Below, piece after piece: positions 17,401 through 24,423 of a stretch of DNA of 35,090 bases. The translations under genes and the position numbers were made by a program. This DNA comes from a virus. Its lineage: Duplodnaviria; Heunggongvirae; Uroviricota; Caudoviricetes. The first letter of the stretch is position 1. Each line of letters opens with the position of its first letter. Below the pieces are notes generated by a model. That model was not told where the DNA came from and made no database searches. It was given only the letters and a program-made list of their open reading frames with translations. Location of the stretch: the IMG/VR virus record IMGVR_UViG_2671180963_000003, one strand, 5' to 3'.

Positions 17401-18020
17401 GACTTATCCGTGGTGAGGTTTCTGGTGGTGCATATGTTGCATGGAGAGACCGACCTGCTGGTTTGTTGGTTGACTGTCAACAAAGCGTTGATAGTGCTCA
17501 TGCTATTTGGAAAGCGGTTGATTGGGGGCGTAACTACATCGCTGCTATGGACGTTCATTGTCCCGGTGATAGTAATAATACTGCGGCAGCGGTTCTTCAT
17601 GTTCAGGGTGCTGATTATCAATTCCATGCAAGTGGAGAATTTCATGCCACTGGTAACGGAAACTTTAACGATGTTTATATTCGTTCCGATCGTCGTCTGA
17701 AAATTAATGTTGAAGATTACGAAGAAAATGCGGTGGATAAGGTAAATAAACTCAAAGTTAAAACCTACGATAAAGTTAAATCTCTTAATGACCGAGAAGT
17801 TATAGGTCATGAGATTGGTATTATCGCACAGGATTTACAAGAGGTATTACCGGAAGCTGTTAAAACCGCAAAAATTGGTGGTTTTGATAACCCAGAAGAA
17901 ATTTTAACAATTTCAAACTCCGCAGTGAACGCGCTTTTAATTAAAGCGGTCCAAGAAATGAGCGAAGAAAATAAACTTCTTCGTGAACGTCTTGCTGCAA
18001 TTGAAGCTAAATTAGGGTAA
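14496..18020 (+). CDS. tail fibre with C-terminal intramolecular chaperone (S74-like) domain
   Basis: 1174 aa. N-terminus MQSIQFKRTNVSGKKPTPEQLQVGEVAINLKDHVIFTKD resembles the T4 gp37-type fibre N-terminus from memory; repeated KVDxIKxxTDATIxAN units; WGNSEVGRAAVMEVGDSKGYHFYTERR resembles a T-even fibre domain; C-terminal DRRLKINVEDYEE...IAQDLQEVLPEAV...coiled coil resembles the self-cleaving chaperone of endosialidase/T5 pb1-type fibres. Confidence 0.8.
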   Translation: MQSIQFKRTNVSGKKPTPEQLQVGEVAINLKDHVIFTKDRDHEVVQISVSPETHAALESKVDANKQELDSTIAVNDRNIHAKVDEIKQTTDATIAANHVEINNKVDVIKRETDATIDANKNKAASDLAGVKAELSDTINANKNAAAVATQELDTRINKKVDDIKSRTDATIASNDKAINDKVDLIKAETDRTIAANKAYAENQLTDTYNNLTGVIAANKQEAADNVAALTRDVEAKNSAIHSKVDNNKSYTDSELARLESRIDAADGSSDGKYIKKHVNTYTDGYLLSKTANYFDDPGARNLDYFGAFRTNDLADHIAMILHVPHPSGVNHARGFEFTYGSNPHATVRTYGYDELGHLAYSHRMYHEGDKPTPAEIGAYSKAEIDRLFQKTLNFGIEGGWFKLGTLTMPQQHGRTAKIRLVGGNGYNVGQNGQANVIELVIRCGNNSPKGVVFNAYYSIWYYEQYFCAIPTDGDNYDLYAYYGAHTGFVLAEYQVSSGGVSLNLLDTPEYLGGEKPVADEIFDALNISSFNNFSNRGTLNFGGNHQGQYDIEHLNEQQTNAKKKLRRFRSSAPATIWHETVDDQNYRLATGYDDVNQQLLLSAASGLHIRRMTIDGGLGGNSAIDFRRGPNESCHLNFFDYRTGTDVRNGWFGFGDGQTKDFIWWNDNGQNSINLIEDGELHITGGRGQKIVMNSEVALSENARLAVKGGNYGLILRNDGSSFHILTTDLKDSFGTWNTRRPFSYDFAEGGLDLGGTATARCLHLGIDGSTRIEDNMVFRSGSRQSMDYIELIHWGNSNTGRNNVLSMRDSKGFLAEFERVGGTNGVKTRFFGETFTDGTLYLNQMNNSSERFSINNWGNSEVGRAAVMEVGDSKGYHFYTERRTDDTVLFDVSGALTVHGPNGITVKNSTGARHIWFRDDSDTEKAVIWATDEGILHIRNNHGGQFTHHFQGAMIKLEGRVPYAADQGLIRGEVSGGAYVAWRDRPAGLLVDCQQSVDSAHAIWKAVDWGRNYIAAMDVHCPGDSNNTAAAVLHVQGADYQFHASGEFHATGNGNFNDVYIRSDRRLKINVEDYEENAVDKVNKLKVKTYDKVKSLNDREVIGHEIGIIAQDLQEVLPEAVKTAKIGGFDNPEEILTISNSAVNALLIKAVQEMSEENKLLRERLAAIEAKLG
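14676..15080 (+). repeat. imperfect tandem ~66-69 bp repeats within the fibre gene
   Basis: At least four consecutive units encoding (H/N/K/D)KVD(E/V/D/L)IK(Q/R/S/A)(T/E)TD(A/R)TI(A/D)(A/S)N; a coding repeat, not a separate element. Confidence 0.6.
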
Positions 18021-18058
18021 TTGGAAAGCGGGGAGAAATCTCCGCTAAGGATTCTTAT

Positions 18059-18355
18059 ATGGGATATTGGGTAAGTAGTGAAATTAATACTAAAATCGAT
18101 GCTTTAAAATGGCATGTATTTGATATTCCTAACGGCTATGGTACTGCTCGTGCTGGTGTCGCTGTAATGCGTCATAATGCTGGTGGTGGGTGGTCTGATG
18201 CACATATTAACGTAGATGGTTTGACCGTTGCTCGTCGTCGTGGTGGGACCAATTGGGGATCTACTATAAATTCGTTTGTTCCTGCTGGCTGCACCGTCTC
18301 CTTTGGTTTAGGGGGTGAAGGTGGTGTTGAATATTTTAAATTCATGGAGTTTTAA
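18059..18355 (+). CDS. Gly-rich small protein, paralog 1 of 3 (FDIPNGW family), function unknown
   Basis: 98 aa; AAGGA Shine-Dalgarno; shares FDIPNG(Y/W), a G-rich core and a C-terminal TVSF..G....YFKF with the next two ORFs. Confidence 0.5.
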   Translation: MGYWVSSEINTKIDALKWHVFDIPNGYGTARAGVAVMRHNAGGGWSDAHINVDGLTVARRRGGTNWGSTINSFVPAGCTVSFGLGGEGGVEYFKFMEF

Positions 18356-18357
18356 TT

Positions 18358-18663
18358 ATGGCTGGATGGATAAATCAAAGAATGTCAAACGCTATTAGTA
18401 TTTGGGCTAATGGTGGATATTTTGATATCCCCAACGGCTGGGTTACTGATTCATGCGGAATTGTTTTTGCTCATATGGAAGCCATTAACGGTGCTGGTGA
18501 TCTTGATTCTGAATTGGCTGTAAATGGATTGATTGAATCAGGTCATCATGCTGGTGATGCTGGGAGTTGGGGCGCTAGTTCTTTAGTTGGCGCTGGTGCT
18601 ACCGTTAGCTTTACATTGGGTAAAGGTAGTTTGCATTATTTTAAATTCAGGAGAATGCACTAA
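18358..18663 (+). CDS. Gly-rich small protein, paralog 2 of 3 (FDIPNGW family)
   Basis: 101 aa; GGAG Shine-Dalgarno; starts 3 nt after paralog 1 ends. Confidence 0.5.
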   Translation: MAGWINQRMSNAISIWANGGYFDIPNGWVTDSCGIVFAHMEAINGAGDLDSELAVNGLIESGHHAGDAGSWGASSLVGAGATVSFTLGKGSLHYFKFRRMH

Positions 18664-18965
18664 TGGCATTTTGGGTAGATGGCGCTTTGGGGAATAGGGC
18701 GGGTAAAGCAAATCAAGGATGGTTTGATATTCCTAACGGTTGGACAGCCGACGCTTTCGGGACTATTTCATTCTGTGCTCATTCTTCCGGTGGTGGCGGT
18801 GGTGACTCTGAATTGCTTATTCATGGTTTGTGTGTTTCTGGAAGCCATAAGGGTCATGATTGGGGACAGATTCATTCTTGTATTGCACCGCAAGGGGCGG
18901 TAATTACCGTTAGCACAAATAGGGGGATCGCTCATCTTCGTTATAGACGTTTGAGCAACCGCTAA
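18663..18965 (+). CDS. Gly-rich small protein, paralog 3 of 3 (FDIPNGW family)
   Basis: 100 aa; AGGAGA Shine-Dalgarno; start overlaps the stop of paralog 2 by 1 nt. Confidence 0.5.
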   Translation: MAFWVDGALGNRAGKANQGWFDIPNGWTADAFGTISFCAHSSGGGGGDSELLIHGLCVSGSHKGHDWGQIHSCIAPQGAVITVSTNRGIAHLRYRRLSNR

Positions 18966-19019
18966 ATAAATAGAATTACGGGTATGTGCCCTATTGTTTA
19001 AAATAGAAGGAAAAGAATA

Positions 19020-19490
19020 ATGACTACTAAATTTGATATTTTTTCTGGTGGCCTCGTTGGTCTGTTTCTGCATGAAGAAGTAACTAACACCGATCTTGAC
19101 AGTGAAAGCTATCTGGAAATTCCAGAATGTGCGGCTTTCCCGGAAACTGGTGTAGAACGTTCTACTGTCGATGTTCCTAACTTCGGTGGTCCGTATAACC
19201 GTAAGCTGGTTGGTCGTATGTCTGTACCGGATATCGAACTTTCGATCAACTACATGCCGGGTAACGAAGTACACGAAAAACTGATTAAAGCAACCGAAGA
19301 CGGTAAGCGCGTACAGATTAAAATTGCTTACTACATCGACGCTACGAAAAAATCTGGTGTACATATCGCTTATAACGGCTTCCTGTCTAAAACTACCATG
19401 ACTGGTGGTGAGGATGCTGTAGTAGGCCGTACCTTCACCTTTGTAGTAGATGGTGCTCCGGTTAAACAAGCTGTTTTCCAGAAACTCTAA
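19020..19490 (+). CDS. major tail tube protein
   Basis: 156 aa; immediately upstream of the chaperone pair and tape measure gene; followed by a strong terminator; AGAAGG Shine-Dalgarno. Confidence 0.65.
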   Translation: MTTKFDIFSGGLVGLFLHEEVTNTDLDSESYLEIPECAAFPETGVERSTVDVPNFGGPYNRKLVGRMSVPDIELSINYMPGNEVHEKLIKATEDGKRVQIKIAYYIDATKKSGVHIAYNGFLSKTTMTGGEDAVVGRTFTFVVDGAPVKQAVFQKL

Positions 19491-19499
19491 TATTATCTA

Positions 19500-19523
19500 G
19501 CCATCCTTCGGGGTGGCTTTTTT
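19500..19523 (+). terminator. rho-independent terminator after the tail tube gene
   Basis: GCCATCC-ttcg-GGGTGGC followed by TTTTTT. Confidence 0.65.
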
Positions 19524-19572
19524 GTTTCCAATTCTAAATAAACATATCTAATTAACTTAAGAGGAAACAATA

Positions 19573-19881
19573 ATGAATATTAATGAAATGTTAGCCGCAC
19601 TTTCTCCGAAACGCGAATCTCTGACCATCGGTGGATTTACGTTCTATGCTCGCCCTATGTCGGTGCAAGAATATAATGAACATGTTTTCAATACTGATAA
19701 AAAAGACCGAGATGAACGTTCTATTTTTCGTTGTATTGAAGATGAAGACGGTAAGCCAGTATTTGAATCTATGGAACAAGTTAAGGCATTGTATACTAGC
19801 GTCCGTAGCGAATTAATCGGCTTAGTTGCTCAAGTGTCATTGATGCAAGATCCGGCAGTAATTGAAAACGAGGTAAAGTAA
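19573..19881 (+). CDS. tail assembly chaperone (gpG-like)
   Basis: 102 aa ORF between the tail tube and tape measure genes; GAGGAAA Shine-Dalgarno. Confidence 0.55.
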   Translation: MNINEMLAALSPKRESLTIGGFTFYARPMSVQEYNEHVFNTDKKDRDERSIFRCIEDEDGKPVFESMEQVKALYTSVRSELIGLVAQVSLMQDPAVIENEVK

Positions 19882-19910
19882 ACCCGCTTCTGTGTTTCTA
19901 TTTCCGGCAA

Positions 19911-20252
19911 ATGATGAGATCGGGGCTTAGTAAAGATGAAATGGATAATATGCCAATCACTCTGTTTTGGAAATTATATATTTTCGATACATACTTAGAA
20001 CCACAAAGCCCTGCGTTTCATGATTTACAGAATGCGATGTTGCAATATTCCATGTATATGACGTCGCAAGGAATGACACGCGAAACTGCACGCAAACTCA
20101 AGCCTAGCCAATTCCAATTAATTAGAGAAGAAAAACTCTTTAAAACTAAAGAAGAACTGGAAGAACTTGCACGCAAGAAAGAAGAAGAACGTAAAGCGGC
20201 AATGCTGAACATGTTTGATCCATCTTTGCTTGAGAAACTCAGAAGCGGTTAA
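19911..20252 (+). CDS. tail assembly chaperone T-like segment (possibly expressed as a G-T fusion by frameshift)
   Basis: ORF in the -1 frame relative to the gpG-like gene, open from 19866; no Shine-Dalgarno before its first ATG; positional analogy with lambda G/G-T. Confidence 0.45.
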   Translation: MMRSGLSKDEMDNMPITLFWKLYIFDTYLEPQSPAFHDLQNAMLQYSMYMTSQGMTRETARKLKPSQFQLIREEKLFKTKEELEELARKKEEERKAAMLNMFDPSLLEKLRSG

Positions 20253-20263
20253 AGGGGTAATTT

Positions 20264-22693
20264 ATGACAAAACATATAGTAACAATAGAAGGGGATAATA
20301 AAGGGCTAAAGAGAAGTACCAATGAAGCCGCCGACCTTCTCGATAGTTTGTCTGAAAAGGCAAGTAATATTGATTTTGGTGGTGGCTTATCTGGTCTGAC
20401 TGGATCTCTTCGTGGGATCGCTGGCTCTGCTGGTTTAGCTGCTGGTGGTATCGGCTTAGTTGCGACCGCAGTGGTTGCAGCCGCTAAAGCTGGCGCGGAA
20501 TACGTTAAACAATATTCAGAAGTATCTAAGGCGACCGGACTCTCGATTGAATCCCTTCAAAGACTGGAAAAGGAATTTTCTGGTACTGGCCTAACAGTTG
20601 AAAAATTCGGTGATATCAACAAAGACACCTTAGATAAGATGGGTGATGCATGGGCTAACGGTGGTGGTATTGCTGATGACTTAGAATCGGTTGGCCTTAA
20701 GTTAGAAAACTATGCTCACTTCATGACTGATCCGCAAGGTGGTATGAAAGCGGCGATCCAAGTGTTCTATGACATGAAGAAAGCCGGAAAATCAATGGCT
20801 GAAATCAAGTTCATGATGGAATCTTTAGCCAGTGATTCAAGCCATATGACCAGCCAGCTTGAGAAATATAATACTGCTCAAGAGGCGATGATCGCTATTC
20901 AGAATCAATCTGTTAACGTCACCGAAGAAAACGCTAAAAAATATGATAAATTTTCTCAAAATATCAATAAGCTGGAAAATAACCTGAAAGGTGTCGGTAT
21001 GACCATTTCTGGTCCGCTGGTTGATAGTTTAAACTGGTTATTTGACTGGTTTAATATTGATTGGGAAAAGAGTTCTCTATTCAGGGCATTAGATCGACTG
21101 AATAAAGAAGGCAAGACCGCAACTGGCGGTATTCTTAACGCCAACCATAAAGACGCTCAAAAAATTATTGACAAGTACAATAAAGAAAAGCGTTGGAATA
21201 ATCTGGCAGATTGGGAAAAGGCCGCGATCCGTGGTGCTGGTGTCGATCCTCGTACTGCTGGCTTTGATGTTGAAGGATTTAAGAAACGTTTTGGTGATTC
21301 TTATAAGAAAAATGGCTCTCTGATTGTTGTCGATAACGGGGAACATCTAACCCGCAAGGCAGATCCTAACCGTGATTTGACTATACCAAATAAACCAGTA
21401 AGACCAGAATCATTGGGTAAGTCTGGTAATGAGAAGAAAGCCGAAGAAGAAGCACGCAAGAAAGCGGAAGAGGCAGCTAAAAAGGCTAAGGAAGCCGCAG
21501 AAAAAGCACAGAAAGCACGCGAGGATGCAATCAAGCGACTGAATGCACTTGATGTTAAATTGCAAGGGCAAGTTGCAGCGTCTATCACTTCTCAAAATAG
21601 CCAGTTGCAAAACAGCTTAAAAGATGTGAACGACGCGTTAGCTCTGGGCTTAATCTCTCAGGAAGACGCAGCCGCGAAACGCCAGGCGCTAATCGATCAG
21701 AATACTGAAAACGTTTATAAAATGATGTTGGGTGCTGATCCGATTGATGCTCTGAATGCTTTAACACAATTGCAACAAATCAGGGACAACGAGCTAGAAA
21801 GCCATAAACGGTTACTTGATGGTAAAGCTATCTCCTACGAAGAATATATGCGTCGTGTGAACGATACCGAGCAAAACTATTCTCAGATTGAAAATTCTTT
21901 ACAGGGAATGGATGGTTATAAAACCAATCAATTAACTAGTAGTTATGATTATCAAGACTCAAATAATCCGTTTGCTAAATTTAATGCAATCGATAAAGAG
22001 AAATCGGATGCTGAACAAGATTATAAGACCGATAAACTCAAGATTGATGGGATCACCGATCCGGCTAAACGGATGGAAGCATTAGAAAAACTCAATGAAA
22101 ACCATCAAAAACGAATGGCTGCAATTGAGAAGAAATATGCTGATGCTCGCCAGTCAATAGCCGATGATATGTACGGCGGTTTTGCTGCTGCAATGACTCT
22201 CTTCGGGCAGGAAAACACTAAAGCAATGCAGATGGCTTTCAATGCTCATAAAGCATTCTCCATTGGACAAGCGACGGTGAACATGTGGACGGCTGCTACC
22301 GATGCATGGAACGATCCGACCAACGTCACCACAGGACAAAAGATCGCTGCTGCTGCATTGGCTGTTTCTCAGAACATGGGGAGCATTGCAAACATCAAGT
22401 CTACTAGCGTTAGCGGTATGGCTCATGATGGTATCGATAACATCCCGCGTGAGGGTACATGGTTGCTTGATAAGGGTGAACGAGTAGTTGATCAGCGTAC
22501 TAACGGTGATTTGAAAGACTTCCTTGCTGCTCAAAAATCAGGTGGTGGTAACTCTCAGCCGATTGAAGTTAATGCGCCTTTGAACATTAACGGCAACGTT
22601 AATAGCTCAGACAAAATGGTCATGGATGCTATCAAACGTCACGCTAAGTTAGTTGCTCAGGCGGTAGAAGACGCACAGCGTCGTAAGATGTAA
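20264..22693 (+). CDS. tape measure protein
   Basis: 809 aa; N-terminal Gly/Ala-rich hydrophobic segment, long K/E/A-rich helical region, position after the chaperone pair; AAAGGGGTAA Shine-Dalgarno. Confidence 0.8.
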   Translation: MTKHIVTIEGDNKGLKRSTNEAADLLDSLSEKASNIDFGGGLSGLTGSLRGIAGSAGLAAGGIGLVATAVVAAAKAGAEYVKQYSEVSKATGLSIESLQRLEKEFSGTGLTVEKFGDINKDTLDKMGDAWANGGGIADDLESVGLKLENYAHFMTDPQGGMKAAIQVFYDMKKAGKSMAEIKFMMESLASDSSHMTSQLEKYNTAQEAMIAIQNQSVNVTEENAKKYDKFSQNINKLENNLKGVGMTISGPLVDSLNWLFDWFNIDWEKSSLFRALDRLNKEGKTATGGILNANHKDAQKIIDKYNKEKRWNNLADWEKAAIRGAGVDPRTAGFDVEGFKKRFGDSYKKNGSLIVVDNGEHLTRKADPNRDLTIPNKPVRPESLGKSGNEKKAEEEARKKAEEAAKKAKEAAEKAQKAREDAIKRLNALDVKLQGQVAASITSQNSQLQNSLKDVNDALALGLISQEDAAAKRQALIDQNTENVYKMMLGADPIDALNALTQLQQIRDNELESHKRLLDGKAISYEEYMRRVNDTEQNYSQIENSLQGMDGYKTNQLTSSYDYQDSNNPFAKFNAIDKEKSDAEQDYKTDKLKIDGITDPAKRMEALEKLNENHQKRMAAIEKKYADARQSIADDMYGGFAAAMTLFGQENTKAMQMAFNAHKAFSIGQATVNMWTAATDAWNDPTNVTTGQKIAAAALAVSQNMGSIANIKSTSVSGMAHDGIDNIPREGTWLLDKGERVVDQRTNGDLKDFLAAQKSGGGNSQPIEVNAPLNINGNVNSSDKMVMDAIKRHAKLVAQAVEDAQRRKM

Positions 22694-22698
22694 TTAAA

Positions 22699-22743
22699 AG
22701 CCCCCATAGTCATAAATAATCATAAAACTATGGGGGCTTTTCT
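22699..22743 (+). terminator. long hairpin (11 bp stem) with T tract after the tape measure gene
   Basis: AGCCCCCATAG ... CTATGGGGGCT followed by TTTTCT; ends immediately before the next ATG, so it may be an attenuator rather than a full stop. Confidence 0.45.
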
Positions 22744-23304
22744 ATGTTCAAATCCAAGAATATTAAAATCACAGATTTTACTCTTAAATCAAAACAGCCT
22801 TTCTTCAAGGCGCAATCTATTTCTGGTAAGTTCCAGCGTCGCTTTACTGGCATTCATTTTTATGAAGCAGAATATACAGCTAATTTCATGGCTCAGGATA
22901 TTAACGAAGTAAAAGAATTTGTAGCACGTCACCTTTTTGGTCGTCCTTTTAGTGTGCCACTGTCTTACTTTTCAAAATATACAGGCGATGTACGCCAGAT
23001 GGTTACGGCTGTTGCTGGTACTGCTCGCGGTGGGCGTAAGGTAAGACTCTCCAACTTCACCGGAACACTGAAAGCGGGAACTATCATCCAGTTTGAGAAC
23101 CACAAGAAAATCTACACGATCACCGAAGACGTGAAATCAGGTGGTGAAATGAAACTCTTCCCTAACTTGCGTCAGAACGTCCTAGCGGGTGAGGTGATCA
23201 AGTATCAGAACGTTGAGGGTGAATTTCTTCTCAAAACTGAAAACATCGATTGGAAGATCGCCCAGATCGGCAAGATGAAATTCGAATTAGTGGAGAATGT
23301 ATAA
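22744..23304 (+). CDS. distal tail protein candidate (gpM position)
   Basis: 186 aa ORF directly after the tape measure gene; no Shine-Dalgarno because of the hairpin; assignment by position. Confidence 0.45.
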   Translation: MFKSKNIKITDFTLKSKQPFFKAQSISGKFQRRFTGIHFYEAEYTANFMAQDINEVKEFVARHLFGRPFSVPLSYFSKYTGDVRQMVTAVAGTARGGRKVRLSNFTGTLKAGTIIQFENHKKIYTITEDVKSGGEMKLFPNLRQNVLAGEVIKYQNVEGEFLLKTENIDWKIAQIGKMKFELVENV

Positions 23305-23957
23305 TGGCAACTATTCAGGAATCATTCAGCAAACTATGCACTAATCTGGACTTCATCGAGGTATACAACGACCAGACAGGTCAGAACGTGTCTAGATTGA
23401 CGCTACCGCAGCTTTTCTCCACTGGATCGATGTTTCACATTATCGAAGTGATTACCGCGTCAGGGGACGTTCTACGGCTTACAGATGGGTATTTCGATTT
23501 GGACTATAACGGATTTACGTATCTCGCAACGGGTGATTTTCTTCAAATCTCATCGAATACCGAAGAGAAGGAGATCAACAACAACGGGATCAACGTAACC
23601 GTTTCTAACGTTCGCGAGGAATACATTACTCTCATTCGTAACAAGCAATTCGATAAATCTGATGTGAAAATCGAGATGGTTTTCCTTAACCCCAACACGG
23701 GCAAGGTTGAAACCACTTACCCTGTTTTCCGTGGGGTAGTCGATTCCATCGGTATTAACATCGAACATGAAGATGATGAGTGTAAAAACGAATCAGAATT
23801 TCAGCTTAATAGTATCTGGGAAGTTCTAGATAAAAACGCTCGTAGTCATGCCTCAGATGGTATCCACCGATCCTATGCCGGAAACGAGAATGATCTATTC
23901 TTCTCAAGGACCGGGCGCTGGCAATCGGAAAGCAAGTGGCATTCATCGAAGAAATAA
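23304..23957 (+). CDS. minor tail/tip protein candidate (gpL position)
   Basis: ATG at 23304 overlaps the upstream stop (TAATG); GGAGAA Shine-Dalgarno; 217 aa. Confidence 0.5.
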   Translation: MATIQESFSKLCTNLDFIEVYNDQTGQNVSRLTLPQLFSTGSMFHIIEVITASGDVLRLTDGYFDLDYNGFTYLATGDFLQISSNTEEKEINNNGINVTVSNVREEYITLIRNKQFDKSDVKIEMVFLNPNTGKVETTYPVFRGVVDSIGINIEHEDDECKNESEFQLNSIWEVLDKNARSHASDGIHRSYAGNENDLFFSRTGRWQSESKWHSSKK

Positions 23958-24003
23958 TCCCTTCTCCCTAAGCCTAGTAAATAACAGCATGGAGGTATTC
24001 AAC

Positions 24004-24423
24004 ATGCTAAAAACTAGGCTTATCACCGATTACATCAATTCTTTAATAGGTCAGGAGTTCGTTCAAGGCGAGAATGATTGCAATATAATTGCATGTAAGA
24101 TCATCGATATTCTCGCTGGTACTGACCTATATAATTCTCTTTATAAAAAATATTCAACTAAAGAAGAAGGCTTGAAAATCTGCAAAGAATTAAGCGGATA
24201 CACAAATATCCTTCAACCAATTAAGAAACATTTCAAATTAGTCACTGATGATTTACAGGACGGCGACTTACTGGTCACAGCCCACAAATTAGGAAACCGC
24301 AAATATTATTCCGTAGTTCCTCATTATTCCGGTTATGGCCTCGTTGAAGAAGATGGTATCTGGATGACCATTCCTGTTTCAGACATTGACTATGAACAAG
24401 TTTATAGATTCGGGGGTGAATAA
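24004..24423 (+). CDS. tail tip assembly protein candidate (gpK position, possible NlpC/P60-like fold)
   Basis: Start moved to ATG 24004 (GGAGGT 8 nt upstream); the Cys in GENDCNIIAC and the His in PHYSGYG are compatible with a Cys/His peptidase; 139 aa. Confidence 0.4.
   Translation: MLKTRLITDYINSLIGQEFVQGENDCNIIACKIIDILAGTDLYNSLYKKYSTKEEGLKICKELSGYTNILQPIKKHFKLVTDDLQDGDLLVTAHKLGNRKYYSVVPHYSGYGLVEEDGIWMTIPVSDIDYEQVYRFGGE

Noticed and set aside
23250-23303. Upstream start at 23250 for the gpL-position gene and at 23848 for the gpK-position gene
   Set aside because: Those extensions overlap the preceding genes extensively and lack Shine-Dalgarno sequences; the internal ATGs at 23304 and 24004 have good ribosome-binding sites.
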